NCBI GenBank assembly: GCA_943788175.1 | Contig: CALSPG010000005.1 | Span: 480,001-544,000, forward strand | Length of the DNA: 64,000 nt | Source of the DNA: an uncultured bacterium | GTDB taxonomy: Bacteria; Fidelibacterota; Marinisomatia; Marinisomatales; UBA1611 | Direction of reading: 5' to 3' | Part shown: in pieces, positions 20,271 to 29,552 of the stretch | Position numbering within the stretch: position 1 is the stretch's first letter | How the letters are laid out: the number at the start of each line of letters is the position of its first letter | The notes under the pieces: model-generated | Seen by the model: only the letters and a program-made list of their open reading frames with translations | Told to the model about the DNA's origin: nothing | Database searches by the model: none | Program-made: the position numbers and the translations under genes

Positions 20271-21519
20271 CGCAACCCCTAAATAACTCTTCTATAGTTT
20301 CTCTTTTTCTTATTAGTGACACTTCTTCCTCATCAACTAAAACTTCAGATGACCGAGGTCGTGTGTTAAAGTTATGTGACATTGAATATCCATATGCACC
20401 ACTATCCATGATTGCGCATAGTTCCCCTTCTTTCATCTCGGGCATTTTATAACCCTCAGATATTCGGTCAGTATTCTCACAGATTCTTCCAGTAATGTCA
20501 TATATGATAGTATCATTTTCATCAATGTGTCCAATTTTTTGGACTCTGTGAAACGCGCCGTAGAGAGCAGGCCTCATTAAGGTTTCCATTCCAGCATCAA
20601 GCCCTACAAATTCTTTGTATGAAGATTTGATGCCAGTCACTCTTGTAAGGATAAAACCAGTATCTGCTACGAGTATTCGTCCTGGTTCAATGCATAATGT
20701 CGGCCAGCTTGAATTATCTTCACCATAGAAATCTTTAAAGGTTCTTTTTGTATTTTGGAATAACTGTTCTAAATCCAATGGTTCTTCTTCATCTCGGTAG
20801 GGTATACCAAACCCACTTCCGATACTTATTTTTTCTAATTTTTGTCCTAGATTATCTTCGATTTCTCTAGCAGATTTTAATATTTGTTTGGTTATATCAC
20901 TGAAGGTCTTTGCGTCTAGTGTTGAAGAACCAGCATGACATTGAAGCCCAAATTTTTTGACACCTGATGATTTTGCGACATTATATGCTTCAACTATAGT
21001 TTCTTTCGGAATACCAAACTTTGAATTTTTACCGCCAGTAATAATACCTTTAAACTGCCCGTGCCCTTTGCCTGGATTTAATCTAAAGCTTATGTAATCG
21101 GGAATGCCGATAGTCCTGAGCCTTTTAAAAGAGTTCAAATCATCTAAATTGATTTCAGCGCCTGAATCATATGCAATCTGTAGATCTTCCAATGACTCGT
21201 AATTACCAGTGTAAACGCAATCAGACATATTTAGCCCCGCTTTACTTGCTGCAAATAATTCGCCGGGACTAGAACAATCACATCCTAAATCATTAAACTC
21301 ATTTTTGAGTGTTCTTATAATTTGAATATTACTATTTGCTTTTACGGCATAATAAATTTGATGTTTAGTGAAACTCTGACTTATTGCACTGGAGAGCCTA
21401 CTAATATTTTCTTCTAATCTTCTTTTTGAGTAAACATACGTTGGCGTTCCGTGCTGTTCAGCGATGTTTTCTAAAAATTTTGTTTGTGATAGAAGGTTAG
21501 ATAATGGATGATTAATCAT
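20263..21519 (-). CDS. lysA: Diaminopimelate decarboxylase
   Basis: GTPTYVY, YAVKAN (PLP lysine), SKFGI, IEPGR, RPALYGA, GRICENTD, GAYGYSMSHNFN. Confidence 0.92.
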   Translation of the reverse strand: MINHPLSNLLSQTKFLENIAEQHGTPTYVYSKRRLEENISRLSSAISQSFTKHQIYYAVKANSNIQIIRTLKNEFNDLGCDCSSPGELFAASKAGLNMSDCVYTGNYESLEDLQIAYDSGAEINLDDLNSFKRLRTIGIPDYISFRLNPGKGHGQFKGIITGGKNSKFGIPKETIVEAYNVAKSSGVKKFGLQCHAGSSTLDAKTFSDITKQILKSAREIEDNLGQKLEKISIGSGFGIPYRDEEEPLDLEQLFQNTKRTFKDFYGEDNSSWPTLCIEPGRILVADTGFILTRVTGIKSSYKEFVGLDAGMETLMRPALYGAFHRVQKIGHIDENDTIIYDITGRICENTDRISEGYKMPEMKEGELCAIMDSGAYGYSMSHNFNTRPRSSEVLVDEEEVSLIRKRETIEELFRGCDV

Positions 21520-21840
21520 TTTTGTGTGTTTATATCCTTGCTCTTATTTTACTCAAATTATTTTGGAGAGATAAACAATAAATACAATAGTTATTCTTTT
21601 TTTTATTGTCATAAATTTTCTTAAATATGAAAAGTTTAATAGTGTATGATATTTAAAGTATTTTTTCAGATTTCATTATTGTTCATGGTATTTTAATTTA
21701 TAATATGTATCAAATGAAAGTATCAAGAATGACTAAAACTATATATAATTTTCATATTAATTTTGTTTTTATGATTATGGTTACTTCAATTTTATCAATT
21801 TCACAAAACAAAGTCTGTTTGAGACAGTCATTATATTTAA

Positions 21841-23334
21841 ATGTCTAAATATGTATTAGCCATAGATGCTGGAACAACTAGCCAAAGAGCTATCTTATTC
21901 AATAAAAAGGGGAAAATCCTGAATATTGCTCAAGAAAAGCTTAAACAATTTTATCCTAACCCTGGATGGGTCGAACATGACCCTATTGAGATATGGGAAA
22001 TCCAAAAACTCACGATTGACAGTGTACTGCAAAAATCAGGTATAGACATCTCTGAATTAGCTGTTATAGGAATCACAAACCAGAGAGAAACGACAGTGGT
22101 TTGGGATAGAGGAACAGGTAAAGCACTACACAAGGCTATTGTATGGCAAGATCGTAGGACATCGGAATATTGTGACAAATTAAAAGCAGATGGCCATGTA
22201 GAAATAGTTCAAGATAAAACCGGTCTTTTAATAGATTCTTATTTTTCTGCCACAAAAATTCGTTGGATTTTAGATCATGTTGATGGAGCTCAAAAAAGCG
22301 CTGAAAATGGAAAGTTAGCTTTTGGTACGGTAGATTCTTGGTTACTGTGGAAATTGACAAAAGGGGAAGTCCATGCTACTGACGTTACCAATGCTAGCAG
22401 AACAATGCTATTTAATATTCATGAATTAGATTGGGATAATGATTTACTTAATCTTTTTAATATTCCAAAATCTATGTTACCTGATGTCAGGCAAAGTAGT
22501 GATTATTATGGAAATACAGACCCGGATATTTTTAGTAAAGCAATTCCGATAGGAGCAATAGCGGGCGATCAACATTCTGCTCTTTTTGGTCAAATGTGCG
22601 TTAATCCTGGAATGGTCAAAAATACTTATGGAACAGGTTGTTTTTTAATGATGAATACTGGATCGCAAGCTATTAAATCAAAAAATAAACTCCTCACGAC
22701 AATTGCATGGAAAATCAATAATGAGGTGAGCTATGCTTTAGAGGGGAGTATCTTCATAGGTGGAGCTTTAGTACAATGGCTACGTGATAATGTTGATTTC
22801 ATAGAATCAGCTGAAGAAATTGAAACTTTAGCAAAATCTGTTGAAAATAATGGAGGAGTCTATTTTGTCCCTGGTTTTGTGGGCCTTGGTGCTCCTCATT
22901 GGGATCAGTTCGGTACTGGATTAATCATTGGATTAACGCGTGGCACAAAAAAAGGGCATATTGCTAGGGCTGCACTAGAGGCACTTGCTTTACAAAGTCT
23001 GGACGTTATTGAAACCATGTCTTTGGATTCTAATATTAAAATAAAAGAACTTAGAGTTGATGGTGGCGCGTCAGCGAATGATCTACTCATTCAAATACAA
23101 TCTGATATAGCTGGGTTAAAAATTGTAAGACCGAAGATTATTGAAACAACAGCACAAGGAGTAGCTTTTCTTGCGGGTTTAAGCGCAGGATATTGGAAAA
23201 ATATTGAAGAGATACAATCGCTCTGGGAAGTAGATAAGAAATTTATTCCTTCAAAAATAGACCTGCATTCGATTAAGAAAAATTGGCAAAAAGCGGTGCA
23301 GAGGGCAAAAAACTGGGTGGAAAAAGAAAATTAA
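21841..23334 (+). CDS. glpK: Glycerol kinase
   Basis: DAGTTS, GITNQRETT, YFSATK, GDQ, KNTYGTGCF, GLGAPHWD, VDGGAS motifs. Confidence 0.97.
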   Translation: MSKYVLAIDAGTTSQRAILFNKKGKILNIAQEKLKQFYPNPGWVEHDPIEIWEIQKLTIDSVLQKSGIDISELAVIGITNQRETTVVWDRGTGKALHKAIVWQDRRTSEYCDKLKADGHVEIVQDKTGLLIDSYFSATKIRWILDHVDGAQKSAENGKLAFGTVDSWLLWKLTKGEVHATDVTNASRTMLFNIHELDWDNDLLNLFNIPKSMLPDVRQSSDYYGNTDPDIFSKAIPIGAIAGDQHSALFGQMCVNPGMVKNTYGTGCFLMMNTGSQAIKSKNKLLTTIAWKINNEVSYALEGSIFIGGALVQWLRDNVDFIESAEEIETLAKSVENNGGVYFVPGFVGLGAPHWDQFGTGLIIGLTRGTKKGHIARAALEALALQSLDVIETMSLDSNIKIKELRVDGGASANDLLIQIQSDIAGLKIVRPKIIETTAQGVAFLAGLSAGYWKNIEEIQSLWEVDKKFIPSKIDLHSIKKNWQKAVQRAKNWVEKEN

Positions 23335-23442
23335 AATATTTAATTTAAAATTCTGTTAGACTTTGCCTTAATTCGATTTTTTCTCAACTCTTCTTTAATT
23401 TCACTAATATGTTTTTCACTTAATGGGTAGTATTATAAGAAT

Positions 23443-24258
23443 ATGAATAAAAATAGTATTGAGCTAACACGAATAGTTTTACTACTTATAACAATTGTAT
23501 CTTCTCCTGGTATGGGGCAAGAAAAAAACAGTTCACCGTACTCATTTTCAAACAATCTTGATTTGAAAATTGCGGGGCTTAGCGCCAGCTTGCTATTAGG
23601 TTCTGTGCTAATGGATTATGCTCCAATGAGCTTGGATAATATATCAAATTTAAATTCTAAGAATATTCCAAAATATGATTCGAAGGCAATAGATAATTGG
23701 AGTTTAAAAAGCATAGCAATGAGTGATGTTTTACTTTTTTCTAGTCTCGCGATACCAGGTGTATTGATGGCAAATAAAAAAATCCGGAATGATTATCAAA
23801 ACTTTTCTTTAATATGGGCAGAAAGCCTTTTTTTAACTGTAGGTATTACAAATTTCACTAAGGTATTAGTTGGTCGGCCTAGGCCTTATCTTTACGGCGA
23901 TAAGGCTCCTCGTGATTACAGGTTAAAGAAAGACAATAAAAAAAGCTTCTTTTCAGGCCACACTTCCATAGCTGCTGTTTCTTGGTTTTTAATGGCAAGT
24001 ATGTATGATGACTATAACCCAAATAGTAAAATTTCACCATATCTATGGACCTCAGCCTTTTTGATTCCTGCTTGTACAGCATATTATCGTTATGATGCTG
24101 GAAAGCATTTCCCTTCAGATTTGGTCACAGGTTATATTGTTGGTGGTGCTATTGGAATGCTTGTTCCAAAATGGCATAGAGAAAATAGCAATGTGAATGT
24201 TTCATTATCATTGCAATCAGCTGGCAAAATTAAAACTCGCCTATCCTATAAGTTTTAA
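23443..24258 (+). CDS. PAP2-family phosphatase
   Basis: C1 KVLVGRPRP, C2 SFFSGH, C3 RYDAGKHFPSD. Confidence 0.88.
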   Translation: MNKNSIELTRIVLLLITIVSSPGMGQEKNSSPYSFSNNLDLKIAGLSASLLLGSVLMDYAPMSLDNISNLNSKNIPKYDSKAIDNWSLKSIAMSDVLLFSSLAIPGVLMANKKIRNDYQNFSLIWAESLFLTVGITNFTKVLVGRPRPYLYGDKAPRDYRLKKDNKKSFFSGHTSIAAVSWFLMASMYDDYNPNSKISPYLWTSAFLIPACTAYYRYDAGKHFPSDLVTGYIVGGAIGMLVPKWHRENSNVNVSLSLQSAGKIKTRLSYKF

Positions 24259-24288
24259 TTAATATACTGATATATAAAAATAAGAATT

Positions 24289-24516
24289 ATGAAAATATCT
24301 ATAGAATATTGTAACGTTTGAAACTACCTGCCTAAAGCCTCCAGTTTGGAGGAATATTTAAAAGGGAAGTATGAAGTTGAAATAGAGCTTATATCAAGTG
24401 GTGGTGGCGTGTTTGAAGTATGTCTTGAAGATAAGCTTATTTTTTCAAAAAAATCCCTGGGTCGATTCCCTGAGCATAGTGAAATCGACGATCTAATCAA
24501 TCATAGCTTAGTTTAA
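24289..24516 (+). CDS. SelW/SelT/SelH (Rdx-family) selenoprotein, CxxU
   Basis: Manual translation MKISIEYCNV[TGA=U]NYLPKASSLEEYLKGKYEVEIELISSGGGVFEVCLEDKLIFSKKSLGRFPEHSEIDDLINHSLV (75 aa). TGA at 24319-24321 sits in the CxxC position. Absent from the ORF track. Confidence 0.9.
24338..24352 (+). promoter_or_regulatory. Bacterial SECIS-like hairpin
   Basis: CCTCCA-GTT-TGGAGG stem-loop starting 16 nt after the in-frame UGA, with G as the first loop base. Confidence 0.65.
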
Positions 24517-24529
24517 GCCATATCAACTC

Positions 24530-24579
24530 TTGACTTGTAACGCTTTTCTTTTATAAACTACTTACGAGCAACTTACGAG
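24530..24579 (+). promoter_or_regulatory. Sigma70-like promoter with direct repeat ACTTACGAG-N2-ACTTACGAG (candidate LexA operator)
   Basis: TTGACT 24530-24535, TATAAACT 24552-24559, then perfect 9-mers at 24560-24568 and 24571-24579. Confidence 0.55.
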
Positions 24580-24587
24580 TAAATAAT

Positions 24588-24743
24588 ATGTTTAGATTAA
24601 AAAGTAAAAAACAAAGAAAAAGTTCACTCATAGTCCTAAGGGCGATCAATCGCATCAATAGGTATGAGATGAATGAAAACCATTTATATCGCGCTTATGA
24701 TTCATTAGGGCGGAAACAAGGCAGCCATTCTTTAACGTCATGA
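24588..24743 (+). CDS. Small basic ORF (51 aa) coupled to lexA
   Basis: MFRLKSKKQRKSSLIVLRAINRINRYEMNENHLYRAYDSLGRKQGSHSLTS; its TGA overlaps the lexA ATG (ATGA 24740-24743). No family recognised. Confidence 0.4.
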   Translation: MFRLKSKKQRKSSLIVLRAINRINRYEMNENHLYRAYDSLGRKQGSHSLTS

Positions 24744-25354
24744 AACCGCTGTCCCTAAAGCAGAAAAAGTTTTTGAACTTCATAAAGAATTTTACTCTCA
24801 TGCAAGGTGAAGCGCCAGCGTATGATGAGATAATGTCTGGGCTTGGTTTTAAATCTTTAGGGACAGTGGATTGGTATGTTAAAACGCTTGAGAAAGAAGG
24901 TCATTTATATCGTACGAAAGGCTCTAACGGCAAACGGGCATTAACATTAACGCAAGAGCACGCCACGCATCCCGAGGCTTGTTTGCCGTTATTGGGTCTG
25001 ATTGCCGCAGGAGAGCCTATTGAGGCATTAGAAACGCCAAATAGTGTTACAGTTCCACTTTCTTTGGTTCATCCTGATAATTTTGTCTTACAGGTTCGAG
25101 GACAATCAATGATAGATGAACAAATTCAAGATGGTGATTATATTGTAGTTAAAAAAACAGCTACAGCTAGATCAGGGCAAATTGTGGTTGCTCTCATTAA
25201 TGATGAAGCAACGTTAAAGTGTTATGTCCCCAAATCAAATCATATAGAGTTACACCCTCGCAATCCTAGTTTTCCAGTTATTACTATTAAAGAGACAGAT
25301 AGATTTAATATAAACGGCGTGCTTTTATATTCTTTTCGAGAATATCCTAGTTAA
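24740..25354 (+). CDS. lexA: SOS repressor LexA
   Basis: N-terminal winged HTH, IAAGEP Ala-Gly cleavage site, GQSM catalytic Ser, ATLK catalytic Lys. Confidence 0.92.
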   Translation: MKPLSLKQKKFLNFIKNFTLMQGEAPAYDEIMSGLGFKSLGTVDWYVKTLEKEGHLYRTKGSNGKRALTLTQEHATHPEACLPLLGLIAAGEPIEALETPNSVTVPLSLVHPDNFVLQVRGQSMIDEQIQDGDYIVVKKTATARSGQIVVALINDEATLKCYVPKSNHIELHPRNPSFPVITIKETDRFNINGVLLYSFREYPS

Positions 25355-25366
25355 TACACGTCATGA

Positions 25367-26530
25367 ATGTTATCTGAAGTATTTTATCTCAATTTAGATT
25401 CGATAGAGTTACAAGCGGAAAGGACAGTTGATCCAACTTTAAAAACGCGCCCTATTGCTATCATATCTTCTGCCGATAGTAGTGGTACGATTATATCTCT
25501 TTCAAACGAAGCAAAGGAAGAAGGCTTGTACGAAGGGATGAAAGTTTCTATTGCAAAAAAGAAAAAACAAATGGTTCAATTTTTACCATACAATCGTGCC
25601 TTGTATCAGCGTGTAAATAAATATACCTATGATACACTTTCTAAGTTTACACCTATTGTAGAACCAAGTGGGATGAATGGTTTTTATATGGATATGAAAG
25701 GTATGGTTCGATCTCAAGATAGTATAAAAGACTTTGGTTTGTCTGTTATTAAAAAAATAGAAAGCCGTATTAGTCTATTTTCAGTAATAGGAATTAGTGC
25801 GAATAAACTTGTTAGTAGAATAATTACTAATGTTGTTCATGAGAGTATCCACGAAGTTCATTTTGGATTAGAAAATCAATTTCTTGCTCCTTTAAGCTTT
25901 AATGTCCTGCCAACGGCTAGGCTCAAACCTGTACGTAAGATACTACACTTTCTATTCATAGATAAAATTTTCCAACTACAAATCTTGACTAAATGTGCTG
26001 AAGATTTTCGAACATTGTTTGGCGTAAACGCTGTTCAGTTAGCAAACGAAGCAGTTGGTAGAGATACATCATTAGTCAGGCCGCCTATATTCAAGGATCA
26101 TTTGCTAGAACAATTAGTTTTGCCTAAAAATACAAACAATCAATATGTTCTTTTATCTGCTGTGCAAGATTTATCGGAAAAAGTAGCATTTCAATTGAGG
26201 AAGCGTGGACAAATAGCAAAAAGAATTAGGCTGGAGGTTCACTATGTTGATGGCTATAGTTCTAGTACAATTGGAAGTGCTAATTACCCGGATGATATTT
26301 CGATCAGTAAAGAGTGCAAAAAGTTGTTTGCGAAGGCAAATAATAGGCGTGTTTCAATAAGGAGTATTTTATTAGACCTGAGCCAATTCAAGCCCTATAC
26401 TGAACAGAAGAATTTATTTTTTGACTCTGAGTCACGTGATATGGAAATATCTAGAGCCGTTGAAAAAATACGTCGTAAATATGGTATAACAATTATAAAA
26501 AAAGCGAACGTATTACATGCATTGGGCTAG
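25367..26530 (+). CDS. ImuB-like, probably catalytically inactive Y-family polymerase
   Basis: DinB-like layout with degenerate acidic motifs (YLNLDSIE; VEPSGMNGFYMD); GISANKLVSR; clamp-binding-like QKNLF; IRRKYG tail. Confidence 0.8.
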   Translation: MLSEVFYLNLDSIELQAERTVDPTLKTRPIAIISSADSSGTIISLSNEAKEEGLYEGMKVSIAKKKKQMVQFLPYNRALYQRVNKYTYDTLSKFTPIVEPSGMNGFYMDMKGMVRSQDSIKDFGLSVIKKIESRISLFSVIGISANKLVSRIITNVVHESIHEVHFGLENQFLAPLSFNVLPTARLKPVRKILHFLFIDKIFQLQILTKCAEDFRTLFGVNAVQLANEAVGRDTSLVRPPIFKDHLLEQLVLPKNTNNQYVLLSAVQDLSEKVAFQLRKRGQIAKRIRLEVHYVDGYSSSTIGSANYPDDISISKECKKLFAKANNRRVSIRSILLDLSQFKPYTEQKNLFFDSESRDMEISRAVEKIRRKYGITIIKKANVLHALG

Positions 26531-26570
26531 ATTATAATATTTGTCATGTAATCCATGGCATTATTTTTTT

Positions 26571-29552
26571 ATGTTTATCAATTTAAATATTCATTCAGTG
26601 TATTCAAAAATGCAGAGTACGCTTACACTTAAAGACATAATCACGCTCAGTAAATCGCAACAGAGTATTGCTTTGACGGATGTTAATACGGTCAGAGGTT
26701 TTATAAATTTTGTTCAATTTTCTCAATCAAATAAAGTTGCACCGATTGCTGGTGTTAACCTCATAACAAGTATGGACGAGGTTGTTATCCTTGTTGAGAA
26801 TGATATCGGATATGAAAACATGTGCCGGGCAATAACTAATTACTACGTAAACCCCATTTGTTCAGTTGTTGATATAATAAAAGAAAATTCAAAAGGAATA
26901 TTTGTTCTAGCTTACCAATCATCCTTGATTGAACGCTTAAAAAATATAATACCGGAGGATCGTCTTTTTATTGAACTGAGGCCAGGTGTCGAAGAGTCAT
27001 TTGCGAGAAAGTTATCTAAAAAACACAAACTTGAAATAATTGCAACGGGCGATGTTTATTATGAAACACCTCTAGATCATCTTTCGCATAAAACATTAAG
27101 AGCGATTGATCTTAACAGTACTTTAAATCGTTTGAATGGCTGCGATTATAAAAGTAAGGAGCATTGGTTTAGGAAAGAAACGGACATGTTTGATCTTTTT
27201 CCAAATAGCCTGGAGGCAATAAATAATAGTTATTATCTAGCAAAAAGATGTAAAAATAAATGGTCATTTATTAATACTATTTTCCCAGGACTATCATTGA
27301 AAGATACTTTTCAAGCAAATAAAAAATTGAAAGAATATGCTTATCAAGGAGCGGCAATACGTTATGAAAAGATAACAAATGATTTGATTAATCGCATTGA
27401 GTCTGAATTAAGATTAATTACTCAAAAGGGCTTTGCTCCTTATTTTTTGATTGTGAATGATATTGTTTCTCAAACTAAATCAACTATTGGAAGAGGTTCT
27501 GCCGCAGCCTCGGTTGTTAGTTACTGTTTATTTATTACACAGGTAGATCCTATGAAGTATAACTTGTCATTTGATCGTTTTATTCATCCAGAAAGAATTG
27601 ATATGCCAGATATCGACATAGATTTCCCCTGGGATGAGCGAGATAGGATTATTGACTATGTTTTTAAGAAATATGGAAATGAACGTACTGCAATGGTTTC
27701 GAATCAGGTTTTTTTAAAACCAAGGTCTACAATTCGCGAGGTTGGGAAAGTTCATGGTCTTTCAAATGAGCAAATTAAAAGTGTTACAAAACGAATAAAG
27801 TCATTCAGTTCTAATAAAAAAATAATAAAAAAAGTTAAGAATAATGCTGTCTTGGATATTGATGATAACATGAAGAATGTTCTGCAAATTAGTGAGAGCC
27901 TATTAGGTGTGTTCAGACATTCTTCTGTCCATCCAGGAGGTGTTGTGATTGTTCCGGATGAAATATGTAAGTATGTCCCTGTTTTGAAAGCGCCAAAGGG
28001 AATACAAATTGTAGAGTGGGAAAAAGATCAAATCGAAGATTCAGGCTTACTTAAAATTGATCTTCTTGGTAATCGTAGTTTAGCAGTTGTACGAGATACA
28101 ATAAAACGAATTAATCTCCAATCGAGTACAGATAAAATCCCCTATATTAATTATCATAAGATACAGCCTCTAGAAGATTCCAAAACGAGAGAGATTATGA
28201 GAGCGGGTAAAACAATGGGCGTTTTTTATATTGAAAGCCCTGCCGTTAGGCAGTTAATGGCGAAGGCTAAAGTTGTCGATTTTGAACATATTGTTATTTT
28301 CTCATCAATCATTCGCCCCGCAGCTAATCGTTTCACGAATTTAATGTTAGATAGAATACATGGACAAAAGTGGAGTTTAGTTCATCCGGATTTAATTTGT
28401 TTAAATGAGACATATGGTATTATGGTTTATGAAGAACAAGTATCTATGGTCGTTATGATAATGACTGGATTGGGTTATGCAGAAGCAAATAAGTTAAGAA
28501 AAGTAATCTCTCGTAACTCTGATGAGCATAAAATAAATAATTGGAAAAACACATTTTTTAAAAACGCATTCAAACGAGGTTACAAACCTGATACAATTGA
28601 TCAAACCTGGCAAATGATATCTTCTTTTAAAGGTTTTTCATTTTGCAAACCTCATTCCGCTTCTTATGCAATGCTTGCTTTTACCTGTGCATATCTTAAA
28701 ACGCATTTTACTGCAGAGTTCATTTCCTCAGTAATATCAAATCAGGGTGGTTATTATTCTTCATATGCCTACATGAGTGAGGCAAAACGTTTTGGGGTAG
28801 CGATACACACACCAGATATCAATGACAGTAAATACGAATGGATAGGAGAGAATAATCAGATTTTAATGGGTTTCATGAGTATCAAGCGCTTAAAAAAAAA
28901 TACAGTGAAAGTAATATTAGAAAATAGAAAGTCTGGAAACTTTTTATCTTTAGAGGACTTTTTATTTAGAGTGAAAATTGATTTATCCGATGCAATGGCG
29001 TTAACAAATGCGCAATGTTTTAAAAAATTATGTCACGATAAAAGTCATAGGCAAATTGCATATATAGTTGCTGAGTTTCATCTTAACGGTAAAGATAACA
29101 ACGAGCCTTTGAACCGTGCTCCTATTATAGAAGTACTCACAAAATATGAAATATATAGGCTGGAAATTGGTTCCTTCGGTTATCCTGTCAGTCTCCATCC
29201 CTTAGAACCATATCGTTCTTTTGTGAGTAAGCGGATTGGTCTTGCTAAAGATATACCAAAAAAGTTAGGTCAATATATCTATCTCTTAGGAGTTTACGTT
29301 ACGCGTAAAGAAACACAAACGAATCAAAATGAACCAATGCAGTTTTTAACCTTAGAAGACGAAACAGATACGTATGAGTGTATTTTGTTTCCGAAAGTGT
29401 TTGCTGAGTTTGGTGATATTATGAATTGGGAAACATTATTTATTATTTATGGAAAAGTGGAGGCCTCTTTTGGAGTATACAATATTAATGTTGATAAAAT
29501 GGTTAGTTTAAGAGAATGGGTAAAAAAGACTAAGTCAGTTAGTTTTGCATGA
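26571..29552 (+). CDS. dnaE2: Error-prone DNA polymerase III alpha subunit (DnaE2/ImuC-like)
   Basis: PHP-like N-terminus (IHSVYS, ALTD), GRGSAAASVVSY, MPDIDIDF, HPGG, KIDLLGNR, FCKPHSASY, C-terminal OB fold; follows lexA and imuB. Start taken at ATG 26571 rather than TTG 26541. Confidence 0.88.
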   Translation: MFINLNIHSVYSKMQSTLTLKDIITLSKSQQSIALTDVNTVRGFINFVQFSQSNKVAPIAGVNLITSMDEVVILVENDIGYENMCRAITNYYVNPICSVVDIIKENSKGIFVLAYQSSLIERLKNIIPEDRLFIELRPGVEESFARKLSKKHKLEIIATGDVYYETPLDHLSHKTLRAIDLNSTLNRLNGCDYKSKEHWFRKETDMFDLFPNSLEAINNSYYLAKRCKNKWSFINTIFPGLSLKDTFQANKKLKEYAYQGAAIRYEKITNDLINRIESELRLITQKGFAPYFLIVNDIVSQTKSTIGRGSAAASVVSYCLFITQVDPMKYNLSFDRFIHPERIDMPDIDIDFPWDERDRIIDYVFKKYGNERTAMVSNQVFLKPRSTIREVGKVHGLSNEQIKSVTKRIKSFSSNKKIIKKVKNNAVLDIDDNMKNVLQISESLLGVFRHSSVHPGGVVIVPDEICKYVPVLKAPKGIQIVEWEKDQIEDSGLLKIDLLGNRSLAVVRDTIKRINLQSSTDKIPYINYHKIQPLEDSKTREIMRAGKTMGVFYIESPAVRQLMAKAKVVDFEHIVIFSSIIRPAANRFTNLMLDRIHGQKWSLVHPDLICLNETYGIMVYEEQVSMVVMIMTGLGYAEANKLRKVISRNSDEHKINNWKNTFFKNAFKRGYKPDTIDQTWQMISSFKGFSFCKPHSASYAMLAFTCAYLKTHFTAEFISSVISNQGGYYSSYAYMSEAKRFGVAIHTPDINDSKYEWIGENNQILMGFMSIKRLKKNTVKVILENRKSGNFLSLEDFLFRVKIDLSDAMALTNAQCFKKLCHDKSHRQIAYIVAEFHLNGKDNNEPLNRAPIIEVLTKYEIYRLEIGSFGYPVSLHPLEPYRSFVSKRIGLAKDIPKKLGQYIYLLGVYVTRKETQTNQNEPMQFLTLEDETDTYECILFPKVFAEFGDIMNWETLFIIYGKVEASFGVYNINVDKMVSLREWVKKTKSVSFA

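Noticed and set aside
21520-21840. Small gene or structured RNA in the lysA/glpK divergent gap
   Set aside because: Very AT-rich with only short ORFs and weak palindromes; consistent with a divergent promoter region.
24319-24321. Genome-wide TGA reassignment (code 4 or 25)
   Set aside because: Many intact genes end in TGA with ATGA overlaps (for example tig/clpP), so only site-specific Sec recoding fits.
25367-26530. Active DNA polymerase IV (dinB)
   Set aside because: The catalytic DMD and SIDE motifs are replaced by NLD and SGMNG.
24740-29552. Prophage or ICE (CI-like repressor plus polymerases)
   Set aside because: No integrase, att-like repeats, or structural or conjugation genes; the content matches a chromosomal SOS cassette.
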